Notes: generated by a model from the letters alone, not told the origin. Positions 20,262-30,762 are shown, numbered from the stretch's first letter. The stretch: DNA of 64,000 bases from an uncultured Planctomycetota bacterium (GCA_963823665.1 CAWGMQ010000005.1:1120001-1184000); one strand, 5' to 3'. Numbers and translations: made by a program.

Positions 20262-22010
20262 ATGAGAACACTCTTTGGGAGGTCATCGATCCGGCGCCAG
20301 CTATCTCAGCAGCGAACGCGTTCCGCCGCGACGAGACGCCGGATGGGCGATCTCGAGCTTCTCGAAGGGCGCGTGATGCTCTGTAGTTCGCCCCCGCCGT
20401 TGCCGGGCATCGGCTCTCATGTCCGAGACGTCGTGATTCAAACCTATGAGACGCTTGTGGGAGAGAAGCCGACTTTTGCCGAACAGAACCATCTTCTCCG
20501 AATTGAGGCCAGCGCGGGCCAGAATTCGCTCGTGCCGGCGATCGTCGCCACACGTGCCTTTTATGATCGGACCGCGCATGGCGATGCGAACGGCTATGTG
20601 ACGTTGGCTGCGGCGACGCTCGATCAATTCCCCGGCAGTGCTGAGGTCAATCATTTAGCGCGGCAGGTTGTCGTTCATGGTGCCGATACCCAGGTCTTGA
20701 ATCGCGTGGTACTGAGGCTGAATCCCCCCGCATCGAAGTCGCCGTATCCCACCGGCCAGCCTGACCCGTTGTACAAGTTGCTCAAGCAGAACGTTCTGAT
20801 CAATGCGGATTATTACAGCAATACGCCGAGCATTCTCGGTGCATCGCTCGGGTTCACGCATATCCTGGGCGTGCCGCGTTTGAATGGCACGACAACATCC
20901 GACGATGTGCGGGCGCGTAAGGCCGGCGGTTCTTGGGAGACGCTGAGTAGTTCGTCCGCCAGCACCGCGTCGCTGCGGGCGTACACGTCCGATGCTTCGG
21001 TGAGCGGCATCGCGACGAACTATGGCTACCCTTTGAAGTATACCGACGGCTTTCCGATCGAGTTTAGCTGGCCTGTGCTTCCGAGCTCGGTCGCGGGAAA
21101 CGATTTCCGCGTTGTGCTCAACACCGGTCAGGTGATCACCCCGCTGGCGGCCTCGATCACGCCGAATCTCGAGTACAACGAGCGGAGCACGGTCGTGATC
21201 CTGGGCTATTTCGGCAACCGGATTTCCCCTGGGCAGCCGGGTGCGATTTACCCCGTGAAGCTGGAAGTGGCCCACTCTCGCACTCCGCTCAAGCTGGTCG
21301 GTCCAGGGCCTGTCGTGGTATCGGCGGCGGGGCTTACCTACGGAAACGGCAGTACGCCGATGACCGCCTACAATCCTGGGTCGGGGCCGAAGCTGGTCGC
21401 GGCCAAGCTGAGCGTGATGTCAACCGCCGGCGAGTCGGCGCCCAAGCCCTTTTCCGGCGAGCTCCCCAATGATGGCGTTGCGCTTTACGGCTCGGCTGCC
21501 CAGTATCGGCTTCGGGTCTTCACGAGCGGTGGCTTCTCGCCGGATGGCGTCCGGTCTGTCTATCCGACGGACTTCTCGCAATTCTTCCGGATCGAGACGG
21601 TCGACGCCGACGGCGTGGCTCGTTGGCTCACCCAAACTGGCGTCGCCTACCAGTTGCCGAGCGGCAAGATCACTGTGGTCGGCCTCGCGGACTTAGGACC
21701 GGTGGAATCCAGCTACGATGACTCCTATGTTGAGGATCACGATAACCAGATCGACATCGTGCTTTCAGGAGACGAAGCAGCCATCGCCACGATCAAGGCT
21801 GTACAAATTCCCGCGTCTGGAAGTTATTCACCGTTCTACAACCCCGGCGGACCGGGAAATAACCCGACGCCGGGCGTAACCTACAGTCAACCTGGGCCGA
21901 GCCAGACCGAATCGGTGATCAATGCGCTCACCAATCCGATGACAATTACGTACACCGCCCCTGGCAGGGCGGTCGCGAAAGCTGAGAAACGCGATCGCTC
22001 GATATCGTGA
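20262..22010 (+). CDS. Planctomycete extracellular protein (LEGRVML motif) with an uncharacterised C-terminal domain
   Basis: Arg-rich N-terminus with LELLEGRVML; long open frame. Confidence 0.75.
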   Translation: MRTLFGRSSIRRQLSQQRTRSAATRRRMGDLELLEGRVMLCSSPPPLPGIGSHVRDVVIQTYETLVGEKPTFAEQNHLLRIEASAGQNSLVPAIVATRAFYDRTAHGDANGYVTLAAATLDQFPGSAEVNHLARQVVVHGADTQVLNRVVLRLNPPASKSPYPTGQPDPLYKLLKQNVLINADYYSNTPSILGASLGFTHILGVPRLNGTTTSDDVRARKAGGSWETLSSSSASTASLRAYTSDASVSGIATNYGYPLKYTDGFPIEFSWPVLPSSVAGNDFRVVLNTGQVITPLAASITPNLEYNERSTVVILGYFGNRISPGQPGAIYPVKLEVAHSRTPLKLVGPGPVVVSAAGLTYGNGSTPMTAYNPGSGPKLVAAKLSVMSTAGESAPKPFSGELPNDGVALYGSAAQYRLRVFTSGGFSPDGVRSVYPTDFSQFFRIETVDADGVARWLTQTGVAYQLPSGKITVVGLADLGPVESSYDDSYVEDHDNQIDIVLSGDEAAIATIKAVQIPASGSYSPFYNPGGPGNNPTPGVTYSQPGPSQTESVINALTNPMTITYTAPGRAVAKAEKRDRSIS

Positions 22011-22159
22011 ACCGCGCCAGTTCCGCGGCCTTCAGCCCGGACGGCTCGCGCATCGTCACCGGCAGCGTGGACGCGACGGCGCACGTCTGGGACGCCACGC
22101 CGATCAGCCCGGAACTCCTGCACAAGGAACCCGCCCCACCGCCAGCGGCCGTGAAGTGA
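22007..22159 (+). pseudogene. C-terminal WD40 repeat remnant
   Basis: Reads SAAFSPDGSRIVTGSVDATAHVWDATP...-stop. Confidence 0.65.
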
Positions 22160-22387
22160 CTTCGCGTGTTCGCCGTCCAACCGGCGACCGAGGACCGAAG
22201 CGGCGAGGCTGTCTCTTGGGCAGAACGGCCGTTCTCCACGACGCAGTGATCAAAACCACGCGCGCCGGATCTGAGAAGCTCGGGAAGCCGTCTCTTGCAA
22301 ACCCATGAGCGTATGATGCTCTGCCCTGGCAGAGAATTTGGGGCCGATATGCTTGCGCAAACCATTCTCGTGCACTAAGATCGGTCC

Positions 22388-22742
22388 ATGACAGAGAGAC
22401 CGCCTTCGCAGCCAGCCGACCACGCCGAAGATTTCAGCCGCCGCGATGCCAAAGACCTCGAAATCGTCGCCGGACAGGCGATGATGGACCTCGGAATCGC
22501 CAAGACCGGAGTGATTGGGAGAACGCGGCCTGTCACGTCGTTGCAGGGGACACGACGCGGAGAAGACGCGCGGGCATGACCCTGAAGGCCGTCTTTCTCA
22601 GCCGTGCTCACGTCGGGATCATCATCGAGCATACCCATTGTCTAGCTCCCCCACGCTTGAGATCGCAGCGATCCACTGATGGTATGCCATCCCGCCGGGC
22701 ACGGAAGGTTAAGCGCGCACAGTCCGCTGAGCCAGCGGCCGA
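22388..22742. pseudogene. Chimeric remnant: N-terminus of a hypothetical gene (+) abutting a truncated antitoxin duplicate (-)
   Basis: PADHAEDFSRR...MMDLGI breaks near 22506, where the copy of 14455-14697 begins. Confidence 0.55.
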
Positions 22743-22940
22743 AGGAACGGCTCTAAACCAACGGAATCCGGCGCTAATCCATCCGCAACTGCGCAAACGT
22801 CGAACGGGTCAGAGCCAATAAAACGGTTTTTCGTGGGGGCCGCATCGATTATCCTGGAAGGCAAGACCGTATGCCGGATCGGAGTCCCCCGGGCGCACCG
22901 TTTCATTCGGCCGAATCGGAATTCAGGAGCCAGGTAATCT

Positions 22941-23555
22941 ATGTCCACGATCACAGCGACGAAGTCGAGGAAGCCTTCAAGCGACCCGTGCTGGATCCCG
23001 TCATCGCTCTATCGCTTGACTCTGGAACAGTACGAGGCGATGGTCGACGCCGGCATCTTCACCGGGCGGGACAAGGTGCAGCTCATCAACGGGTACCTGG
23101 TGGCCAAGATGACCCAAAATACGCCCCACGCGACGGCCGATGACCTGTGTGGCGATCGGCTCAATCGCGTGATTCCACCCGGCTGGTATGTGCGGGCAGC
23201 CAAGCCGATCCGGCTCCCGACCGAATCCAGCGAGCCCGAACCGGACCGATGTGTGGTTCGGGGTGGCATCCGGGATTATTCGGCCCGACATCCCGGGCCG
23301 GCCGATCTCGCCCTGGCGGTCGAGGTAGCGGATTCCAGCCTCGAAGATGACCGCATGCAGGCCGACATCTACGGCCGGGCCGGCATCCCGGTCTACTGGA
23401 TCGTCAACTTGATTGATCGCCAGGTCGAGGTCTATTCGAACCCCGGCCCTTCCGGTTACCAGTCGCTCGAAGCGTTCGTACCGCCGCATGTCCTCACCGT
23501 GATGATCGATGGCGTCGAAGTCGGAGAGATCCCGGTGGCCGAAATCTTGCCTTGA
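22941..23555 (+). CDS. Uma2-family endonuclease
   Basis: LYRLTLEQYEAM, EPEPD, LAVEVADSS and GIPVYWIVNL motifs. Confidence 0.92.
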   Translation: MSTITATKSRKPSSDPCWIPSSLYRLTLEQYEAMVDAGIFTGRDKVQLINGYLVAKMTQNTPHATADDLCGDRLNRVIPPGWYVRAAKPIRLPTESSEPEPDRCVVRGGIRDYSARHPGPADLALAVEVADSSLEDDRMQADIYGRAGIPVYWIVNLIDRQVEVYSNPGPSGYQSLEAFVPPHVLTVMIDGVEVGEIPVAEILP

Positions 23556-23572
23556 TCGCGGAATGACCGTGA

Positions 23573-23980
23573 ATGACGATCTTCAAGGCGAATTTGGCGG
23601 CATGTCTGGTCTTTGCTCTGGCGATATTCGCCATCGGGTCTGTGTCACAGCGTGCCTTGCCCCGCTTCACGCTCGACGACATGGCAATCGTGGCTGCTTG
23701 CACATCGCCAGCCTGGCTCTGGGCCGCCGGCGCATGGGTGACGCGGGGGCGGCGCCGGCTGGCGCTCGCGTGGCTGGTGGCCTCAATTCTATTGATGACG
23801 GTCGCGATTGGCGTCTGTGCGATCGACGGCTGGAGCATGCTGCAGGAGCCGGTCGGTGAACAGACCCAGCACATGGGGATGTTTTTCGAAATGATCTCTC
23901 AATGGGCCCTGGGAATCGTCCTACTCGCGCTTGTTGGCTTGGCGCGGGTTGTGACGCGATCGCACTCGCCTCGAACGTGA
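23573..23980 (+). CDS. Small membrane protein
   Basis: Four hydrophobic segments. Confidence 0.55.
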   Translation: MTIFKANLAACLVFALAIFAIGSVSQRALPRFTLDDMAIVAACTSPAWLWAAGAWVTRGRRRLALAWLVASILLMTVAIGVCAIDGWSMLQEPVGEQTQHMGMFFEMISQWALGIVLLALVGLARVVTRSHSPRT

Positions 23981-24073
23981 GCATGACACACTCCGGATTG
24001 CGTTCATCGTTCCGCTCCCGACGAACGAATCATGCTCCACCCAACATTAACCCGAGCCCGATAGGTTTCCGGC

Positions 24074-24613
24074 TCACGCCGGCTCCCAAAGTACATTCCC
24101 ATCATAGTCGAACAGAGGAATGCCAAGGCGCCGGAAATCGGCAATGAAAGCACCCATTACCGAGTCGGCGTCCGCATGATGCACGGCCACACCGGTCAGA
24201 TCCTCGGGCGCGATACGATCCCGCACGTACACTTCATCCTGGCATAGGACCACCCAATTGTCCCCCATGGACTCAGGTGTCAACACAGGAAAGGCCGGGT
24301 CAACAAAGACGCTGAACCGGCCCGGCTCGTCGATCGTGTAGAGGAAGGACTGAGGGCCAAATCGGTGCAGGAAGACCAGACTGGCGTACGGCACGGGGGT
24401 GCCGGTCACCACCAGTTGGAGGTCCGAGCAAACCGAACCGTCCGGGCAGGAGCCCGGCGCTTGCAACCCGTTCCGCAAGATGCCCCCAAGGCGGTCAACC
24501 CGCACCGAGCGGGGCTTTCGTGGGTACCGGGTGGATACGTGGAAGAGGGCTCCGGAGTGCCAGAGCGAAGGGCGCTGCTCCTTCGCCCGGAATACTGGTT
24601 CCCCGCCCGGCAA
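24074..24613 (-). CDS. Hypothetical protein, possible ADP-ribosyltransferase fold (DarT/KptA-like)
   Basis: LFHVST...LGGILRNGL and QDEVYVRDRIAPEDLTGVAV resemble the H..T...IL..GL and QxExxV...IP motifs; start uncertain. Confidence 0.45.
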   Translation of the reverse strand: MPGGEPVFRAKEQRPSLWHSGALFHVSTRYPRKPRSVRVDRLGGILRNGLQAPGSCPDGSVCSDLQLVVTGTPVPYASLVFLHRFGPQSFLYTIDEPGRFSVFVDPAFPVLTPESMGDNWVVLCQDEVYVRDRIAPEDLTGVAVHHADADSVMGAFIADFRRLGIPLFDYDGNVLWEPA

Positions 24614-25106
24614 GGGCTCGTCCCCTCGTTCGGACGTATCGTCTTTGCGCGGAAGGTTGATCGCTCACGCGGCTCCTCGCAATCCACAACCGGCAGTCAA
24701 GAGTGATCCGGCCCGACTTCAGACCGCTGGGACTAACGTCAAGGCCCAGCGTCCGCTGTCGCCACGAGGTAGACGGGGCGGGAGGCGCTTGGCCACCGGC
24801 CCCGCGCCGGAATCGCATCCCGCGCCTGCCCCGCCGGAATCGCCGGCCGACGACATCAGCATGCCGCGCACGCGGTGCGCGGGCAAGAGGCCGGCCGCCG
24901 GCGCACGGCGCGACGAAAATCGGTGTCATAGCGTCAGGCAAGCTCGAGCAAGGAGGAAGAGACTCGAACGCGGAATCCTTGTCAATCCGGTGTGCACGTG
25001 TGCCATCGGTTGGTCAGGCTTGGCGGCTTCGCCAGAAAAATCTGGGACTGGAGTATTTTCCTGACCTGGCATCTGCCCGTGTGGCTGGCCCCCCGGGCTT
25101 GACCCC

Positions 25107-25697
25107 TCAACGCACGACAGGTCGAAGCCACTCGGAGATGGGTTCCTGGAGATGCCGCAGTTGCCCGTGTTCGAAAACGGCCACCTGACGGTAGGGGACA
25201 TTCAGGTCGCTGTTGTCGTACACGAGCACATGAGGTAACCGCGGGACGGACGCCTGGAGGTTGGCGAGCGTTCGAGAAAACCTCGATCGAAGCTTGTCGT
25301 CGGGAACATCATGCCCACCTTGCGAAACCCGCATCGCCACACGCTCAGTCGATTGATCGGGGCTGGAGAGCCCGATGTAACACAACACCACGACGTAGCC
25401 GCATGCCGCTGCTTCGGCAAGAAACGCGATCTTGTCGCCGACCGGATCGGAGAAAACGGTCTCAAAGACGAAACTCTCCCCACGACCGATCAATGTCTTT
25501 CTCAAGGCATCCGCCAGGCGAGCCGCCTCGTACGGTTCGACCGCGAGTTCGGCGGCCAGCACATCCGCGTTGACGAAACGCAAGCCGGCCGAGGCAAGGT
25601 GCGCGTGGAAGAATGTGGTCTTCCCCGCACCATTCGGACCGGCAATCGCCACAACGATCGGCCGACGATCAAACTCGGCGAGCTCCATCAAGGCCAT
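25107..25697 (-). CDS. Zeta-toxin-like / AAA P-loop kinase toxin
   Basis: IAGPNGAGKTT, FVNAD, FETVFS and RVSQGGHDVP motifs. Confidence 0.88.
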   Translation of the reverse strand: MALMELAEFDRRPIVVAIAGPNGAGKTTFFHAHLASAGLRFVNADVLAAELAVEPYEAARLADALRKTLIGRGESFVFETVFSDPVGDKIAFLAEAAACGYVVVLCYIGLSSPDQSTERVAMRVSQGGHDVPDDKLRSRFSRTLANLQASVPRLPHVLVYDNSDLNVPYRQVAVFEHGQLRHLQEPISEWLRPVVR

Positions 25698-26062
25698 GGG
25701 ACCGCCTGGAATTCCCGACCAACAAATCGCCCCACCGTTCGCTTGCCATCGCCATCGATCCGGACAAGCAGGCCCGGCGAGCCGGGAACTGACTGATAGT
25801 GCGGAAACGGCCGAGACTCGAGGTATTCCGCGACACGGCGGCGCCCCGCAGCCGAATCAACCGAGGCCAAACACTTCGACAGCGGAATTGCCGCGCCAGC
25901 CCGCCGTAGGGCGAGTGCTCGGGAGCCTTCGAGCAATGGTTCGATCGCTCGGCCGAGTTGCGCCCAGAACTCGATCTGACCAGCAATCGACCTCTCTGCG
26001 ATCTCTGCGGTCAGCCGAGCATCGAGAATGAGTTCGTCGGATATTTTGACGGGCTGGCTCAT
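25688..26062 (-). CDS. ParD-like antitoxin
   Basis: MSQPVKISDELILDAR...RSIAGQIEFWAQLGR; overlaps the start of the toxin gene. Confidence 0.85.
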   Translation of the reverse strand: MSQPVKISDELILDARLTAEIAERSIAGQIEFWAQLGRAIEPLLEGSRALALRRAGAAIPLSKCLASVDSAAGRRRVAEYLESRPFPHYQSVPGSPGLLVRIDGDGKRTVGRFVGREFQAVPWP

Positions 26063-26207
26063 AACGTCATGGTAGCATTTTGCTACCGAATGATCAAGTC
26101 GTCCACGCGCGGGTTTCTGCGGAGCGGGAAGAGACGTTAGAAACCGATGCACATGAACGAATTCAACTCTGCCACGGCGGAGAAGGGGCGGCCGTCACCG
26201 GGGCCAT

Positions 26208-29200
26208 CTACATCTGTTTCTCCGGCTGCAATGCACTCCCGGCCAGAAGCGCGTCGGCCTCTTTCAGGAGCCTTTGCGCTTCTTGATTGCTCGCCCAGTT
26301 CGGCTTCTGCGACGTCTCGCGGAGCTGGGTCAGACTCGCCCGCGCCTGGTCGGGCTCACCGATCTGGAACCGGGTCATGGCCAGGAAGGCCAGGTCGGCT
26401 GGAACCGAACCTCCCTCGGCCTCCCGGTTGAGCGTTTCCGCGCGCGTCAGCGTGGTCAGGGCCTCCTGGTACTTCCCCAGGCGGTACTGGGCCATCCCGA
26501 GGGTGGTGTGGTAGGAGCCCACGAACGGCATGAGACGGCAAGCGATTTCCGCGCGCTTTACTGCCAGCCCGTACGCGGAGGGTTCCGCGCCCGGCCGACC
26601 GGCCACGGCTCGGCTGGCCCGGTCGAGGTGCAACGGCAATTCCACGAATCGCTCCGCCAGGGCCAGCGCTTCTTGGCGTACAGGCTCGCTAAGCGCGGGA
26701 TTGGCGCGGAGGGACGCGAGGACCTCAGACCGGAACAGAGGCTTGGCGAAGAGAGACCTCACCTCCCGCTCGGCCTCCCGACGCACCCGGTTTCGCCAGA
26801 CCGGCTCGACCAGGGTGAGGGCTCGCTGACGCACGGCATCGCTGATGGCGCAATCTCTGACCCGGGCCGAGACCGCCTCCGGGGTCGGCGATTGGGTGAA
26901 CAGGAACTTGACCAGGCTTGCCGCCTGCCGCTCGTCGCCAAGTTCCGCGTCGAGGGGGATTCCTTCCCAGATCGTCACGACTCTGTCCCCGCTGGCCGCA
27001 AGGCGCCGGCCGCCGCGACCGAACGCTATACGGGGAACCTGGGCAGGCGCCCCGCGCAGGGTAAGGATTTCCTGTCCGGTGAGCGCGTCCCAGAGCTTCA
27101 CTTCACTATAGAGACGCTCGCCTCCCTTGCTCGTCCCGCCCGCGGCGGTGACAAGCCGCCGGCCGTCGGGACTGTACATCAACCAATGGACGGCGCTCGT
27201 ACCTCCGCGAAGAGTAAGGCACGTCTCTCCCGTGACCGGGTCCCAGACCTTGACCGACCCGTCTTGACTCGCGGCGGCGAGCCGCTTGCCGTCGGGACTG
27301 TACACGATGCGCGTGACAACTCCCTCGAAGCTGGGCAGCGTGAGGACTTCCTGTCCCGTGGCCGCCTTCCAGACGCGCACGGTTCCACTCGCACTCGTGG
27401 CCAGGCGCTCGCCATCGGGGCTAAAGGTCACGCTGGCGAGCCCCGGGTCGCTGTCGCGCTCGGTTCGCTCGGGCAGCGTCAAGACCATCTGCCCTTTGCT
27501 CAGGTCCCAGATCATGGCCTCGCCTGAGACGGGTCGTCCTCTCCGCGCCGATGAGCGACTGATCGAAGCGAGCCGCTGGCCGTCGGAGCTAAAGGCCACA
27601 GCCGAGATGGAGGCGGTGTGTCCGCGCAAACAGAGGATTTCAGAGCCGTTCGTCGCATCCCAGACGCGCACGGTCCGATCCACTCCGACAGAAGCGAGCC
27701 GCCCGCCGTCGGGACTGTACGCCACGCCCAAAACGGAATCGAAATGCCCGATCATTGTGAAGACCTCCACCCCCGTTGTGGTGTCCAGGACGTGCAAGAA
27801 TGGACCGCTGGCGATTGCCAACGTTCGACCGTCCGTGGCAAACGCCACATCAGCTACGTTGCCGAAGTTCCCGCTCAAGGCGACGGCTTCCGCAGCCGCC
27901 GTTGCATCCCAGAGCTTCACGGTGCCGTCCCCGCCCCCGGAGGCCAGTCGCCATCCGTCCGGGCTGAACGCCACACTGGCGACGGTGTCGGTGTGGCCAT
28001 GCAAGACCAGGGCCGCATCCCCGGTGGTCACGTCCCAGACCTGCACGATATTATTGCCGGCCGCGGCCGCAAGCCGCCCGCCGTCTGGGCTGAATGCCAG
28101 ACCGCCGATTCCCTGGTTATTGTGAAACGCCTGAATCTCGCTTCCCGTGTCGGCGTCCCAGACCTTGGCTCCATCGTTGCCGCCGGAACCGAGCCGTCGG
28201 CCGTCAGCGCTGTATGCCAGGCAATTGAGCGTGTTCGGTTGCTTGCTCAAGTGAATGATCTCTTTTCCGGTCGTGGGGTCGCAGACGCGGACCGTACGAC
28301 CATCGATGAACGCAAGCTGGCCCTGCCGCTTTGCCCCGGCAGGACGAAAGGCGAGAGCGCTCATGGTACTTCCCCATTGCCCGGAATCGGTCCCGGGTAT
28401 GCGCACGAGTTGCCTGCCATCGACCGCGTCCCAAACCTTTACCTCGCCGGGCAAAATCCCTCCTCCCGGACTGACGCCTACGGAAAAGGAGGCGAGCATC
28501 CGGCCGTCCGGGCTGAACGCCAGGCCTCGCACGGGGGCGGCGTGCGCGGGCAGGGTAGACAGCTCACGTCCGTCTGCCGGGTCCCAGATCTTGATTTCGC
28601 CCGGAGTGTGCACACCTCCATTTGCCGAGGCCAGCCGCCGGCCGTCGGGACTGAATGCCACGCAGGATACGAGGTCCTTGTGCCCGGTCAGGCAAAAGCG
28701 CTCCCGGCCCGTCGCGACATCCCAGACTTTGACTTCTCCACGTTGGCCAAAATTGCCGCTGGCGGAAGCGAGCAGCTTGCCGTCAGGAGAGAACGCCACG
28801 CAGCGCACGGGCGCGGAGTGGCCGGGCAAGGTGCTCATGTCGAGGCGGCACAGGCGCTTCAGGTGGTACCACTCGAAGCTTCGCAGGTCCGGCTGTTCGG
28901 GTGAGCGCGGCTCGAGGACGTCGAGCCGTTTTTCGAGAGAAGCGATCTCGCCCTGTTCCCAGTCTTTCTGGGCAAGGGTGCTTTCTGCGGCGTACCAGCG
29001 GAGGTCGCTCCGCGCTTTCTCCGCGCGTGCGATGCGGGCGCTTGCGAGTGCGTCTGCCGCGCGGTTGCTCGCCTGGATCGCGTAATACGAAGTGCTGGCC
29101 ATGCCGAGCAAGAGCGAGGCCGCCACCGCGCCGAGCAAAAGCGCAACTACCGGGTTGCGCCGGCACCATCGCCATGCGCGCTCCGGGCCGGAGATGGGCC

Positions 29201-30401
29201 GGGCGACGATCGGTAGGCCGGCGCGGAAGCGGCGGAGGTCGTCGGCCATCGCCGCGACGTCGGGGTAGCGCCGATCGGGATCTTTTTGGAGCGCCTTGAG
29301 GCAGATCGTCTCGAGGTCGCCCGGCATGCGGGGGAGGAGCTGCGACGGAGCAACGGGCTCGGCGGTGCGGATCAGGTCGAGGGTGTCGATGATGGACGAC
29401 CCGCGAAACGGCGGTCGTCCGGTGAGCATCTCGTAGAGGGTGGCACCCAGCGCATACTGGTCGGCGGCGGGGCCGGCCCTCTCGGCACCAGTGGTCTGTT
29501 CGGGGGCCATGTAGCTCGGCGAGCCGAGGATCCACCCGGTGCCGGTCTGGCCGGAGTCGGCCTCCATCCGCTTGACCAGGCCAAAGTCGGCGATCTTCGG
29601 CGTCCCGTCGCCGGCCAGGAGGACGTTCGCCGGCTTGATATCGCGGTGGACGATCCCGCGGCGGTGGGCCACGCCCATGGCCCGGGCCAGCGTCTCGACG
29701 ATCTGCGCGGCGGCGTCAGTGGGCTGCGGTTTGCCGGCGATCCGCTCGGCCAGGCTGCCGCCCTCGAGGAACTCGAGCGAAAAGTAGGGCAGGCCGTCGC
29801 GCTCGCCGATCTCGAAGATCTTGACGATGTTGGGGTGGTCGATGGCGGCGACCGCGCGGGCCTCTGCCTCGAACCGGGCCAGGTCGTCCGGTTGTGCACC
29901 CGCGCCGGCCTTGATCATCTTCAGCGCGACCAGGCGGTCGAGCCGGAGGTGCCGCGCCTTGTAGACGACCCCCATACCGCCGGTGCCCAGTACGCCCAGG
30001 ACGTCGTAGCCTGCGATCCGGGGCAGTTCGCGGCGCTCGCGGCCGCCGGACAATCGGGACGCCAATTCCGTATTCGCGGCCGCAAGACCAGGAGAGTGCA
30101 CGAAGCGGTCGGTGGCATCGGGGTCGTAGTCAGCCGTCGCGTCACGGCCCGGGCCGGTCGTGGCGTCGGCATCCGCGTCGGATGTGGACTCACGTTCGAC
30201 GTGGGTGCTCGCGCCACGGTCGAGGAACGTTGTTGGGTCGCCCTCGGAAACTATGGGCGCGTCACGATCCAAGGGTGCGCTCGCGGCGCGTTCGATATGT
30301 GTGGGAGCCTCACGGTCGAACTTCGTGGGGACGTCGCGCTCGCGGTCCTCCGCATTCGGATTCGAGGCCTCCTCTGGACGACCTGCCATGAGTGTTCCCA
30401 C
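26208..30401 (-). CDS. Ser/Thr protein kinase with TM segment, about 14 WD40 repeats and C-terminal TPR
   Basis: GTGGMG, VALK, HRDIKPAN, DFG and YMAPE motifs; repeated FSPDG...VWD units. Confidence 0.95.
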   Translation of the reverse strand: MGTLMAGRPEEASNPNAEDRERDVPTKFDREAPTHIERAASAPLDRDAPIVSEGDPTTFLDRGASTHVERESTSDADADATTGPGRDATADYDPDATDRFVHSPGLAAANTELASRLSGGRERRELPRIAGYDVLGVLGTGGMGVVYKARHLRLDRLVALKMIKAGAGAQPDDLARFEAEARAVAAIDHPNIVKIFEIGERDGLPYFSLEFLEGGSLAERIAGKPQPTDAAAQIVETLARAMGVAHRRGIVHRDIKPANVLLAGDGTPKIADFGLVKRMEADSGQTGTGWILGSPSYMAPEQTTGAERAGPAADQYALGATLYEMLTGRPPFRGSSIIDTLDLIRTAEPVAPSQLLPRMPGDLETICLKALQKDPDRRYPDVAAMADDLRRFRAGLPIVARPISGPERAWRWCRRNPVVALLLGAVAASLLLGMASTSYYAIQASNRAADALASARIARAEKARSDLRWYAAESTLAQKDWEQGEIASLEKRLDVLEPRSPEQPDLRSFEWYHLKRLCRLDMSTLPGHSAPVRCVAFSPDGKLLASASGNFGQRGEVKVWDVATGRERFCLTGHKDLVSCVAFSPDGRRLASANGGVHTPGEIKIWDPADGRELSTLPAHAAPVRGLAFSPDGRMLASFSVGVSPGGGILPGEVKVWDAVDGRQLVRIPGTDSGQWGSTMSALAFRPAGAKRQGQLAFIDGRTVRVCDPTTGKEIIHLSKQPNTLNCLAYSADGRRLGSGGNDGAKVWDADTGSEIQAFHNNQGIGGLAFSPDGGRLAAAAGNNIVQVWDVTTGDAALVLHGHTDTVASVAFSPDGWRLASGGGDGTVKLWDATAAAEAVALSGNFGNVADVAFATDGRTLAIASGPFLHVLDTTTGVEVFTMIGHFDSVLGVAYSPDGGRLASVGVDRTVRVWDATNGSEILCLRGHTASISAVAFSSDGQRLASISRSSARRGRPVSGEAMIWDLSKGQMVLTLPERTERDSDPGLASVTFSPDGERLATSASGTVRVWKAATGQEVLTLPSFEGVVTRIVYSPDGKRLAAASQDGSVKVWDPVTGETCLTLRGGTSAVHWLMYSPDGRRLVTAAGGTSKGGERLYSEVKLWDALTGQEILTLRGAPAQVPRIAFGRGGRRLAASGDRVVTIWEGIPLDAELGDERQAASLVKFLFTQSPTPEAVSARVRDCAISDAVRQRALTLVEPVWRNRVRREAEREVRSLFAKPLFRSEVLASLRANPALSEPVRQEALALAERFVELPLHLDRASRAVAGRPGAEPSAYGLAVKRAEIACRLMPFVGSYHTTLGMAQYRLGKYQEALTTLTRAETLNREAEGGSVPADLAFLAMTRFQIGEPDQARASLTQLRETSQKPNWASNQEAQRLLKEADALLAGSALQPEKQM

Positions 30402-30467
30402 CTACCACGACCGACCTGGCACGGTTGCGCTAGCGGGTCGGAGCGTGATTCGACGAGGAGCACATTT

Positions 30468-30713
30468 TTATCCGTTCCCCATCGCACAACTACAAACGCC
30501 CGTGTCCGCGTTAACTCCGCATGTATCATTCAGGCTACAGCACGTGGCAACACCGTTCTCGCAAACGCAAGACGTGGGCGTGCTTCCCGAACAGTTGACG
30601 CTGACGCCTCTGGCAGGTTGGATGCCGGCGATCGAGTTGCCGCGGGAGGGCCCGCGCGTTGGCCAGGAAACACTCCCACGGAGAACCGCGGGTGCTTGTA
30701 CGGGAAGCTTCAT
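30468..30713 (-). CDS. Cys-rich precursor peptide 3 (81 aa; PatE-like leader, 8-Cys core)
   Basis: AGGAG RBS; MKLPVQAPAVLR...GIQPA followed by RGVSVNCSGSTPTSCVCENGVATCCSLNDTCGVNADTGVCSCAMGNG. Confidence 0.85.
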   Translation of the reverse strand: MKLPVQAPAVLRGSVSWPTRGPSRGNSIAGIQPARGVSVNCSGSTPTSCVCENGVATCCSLNDTCGVNADTGVCSCAMGNG

Positions 30714-30762
30714 GTCCGGTCTCCTTTCAAATGGACCCCTGGAAAAAACGTGCGCGGATGGC

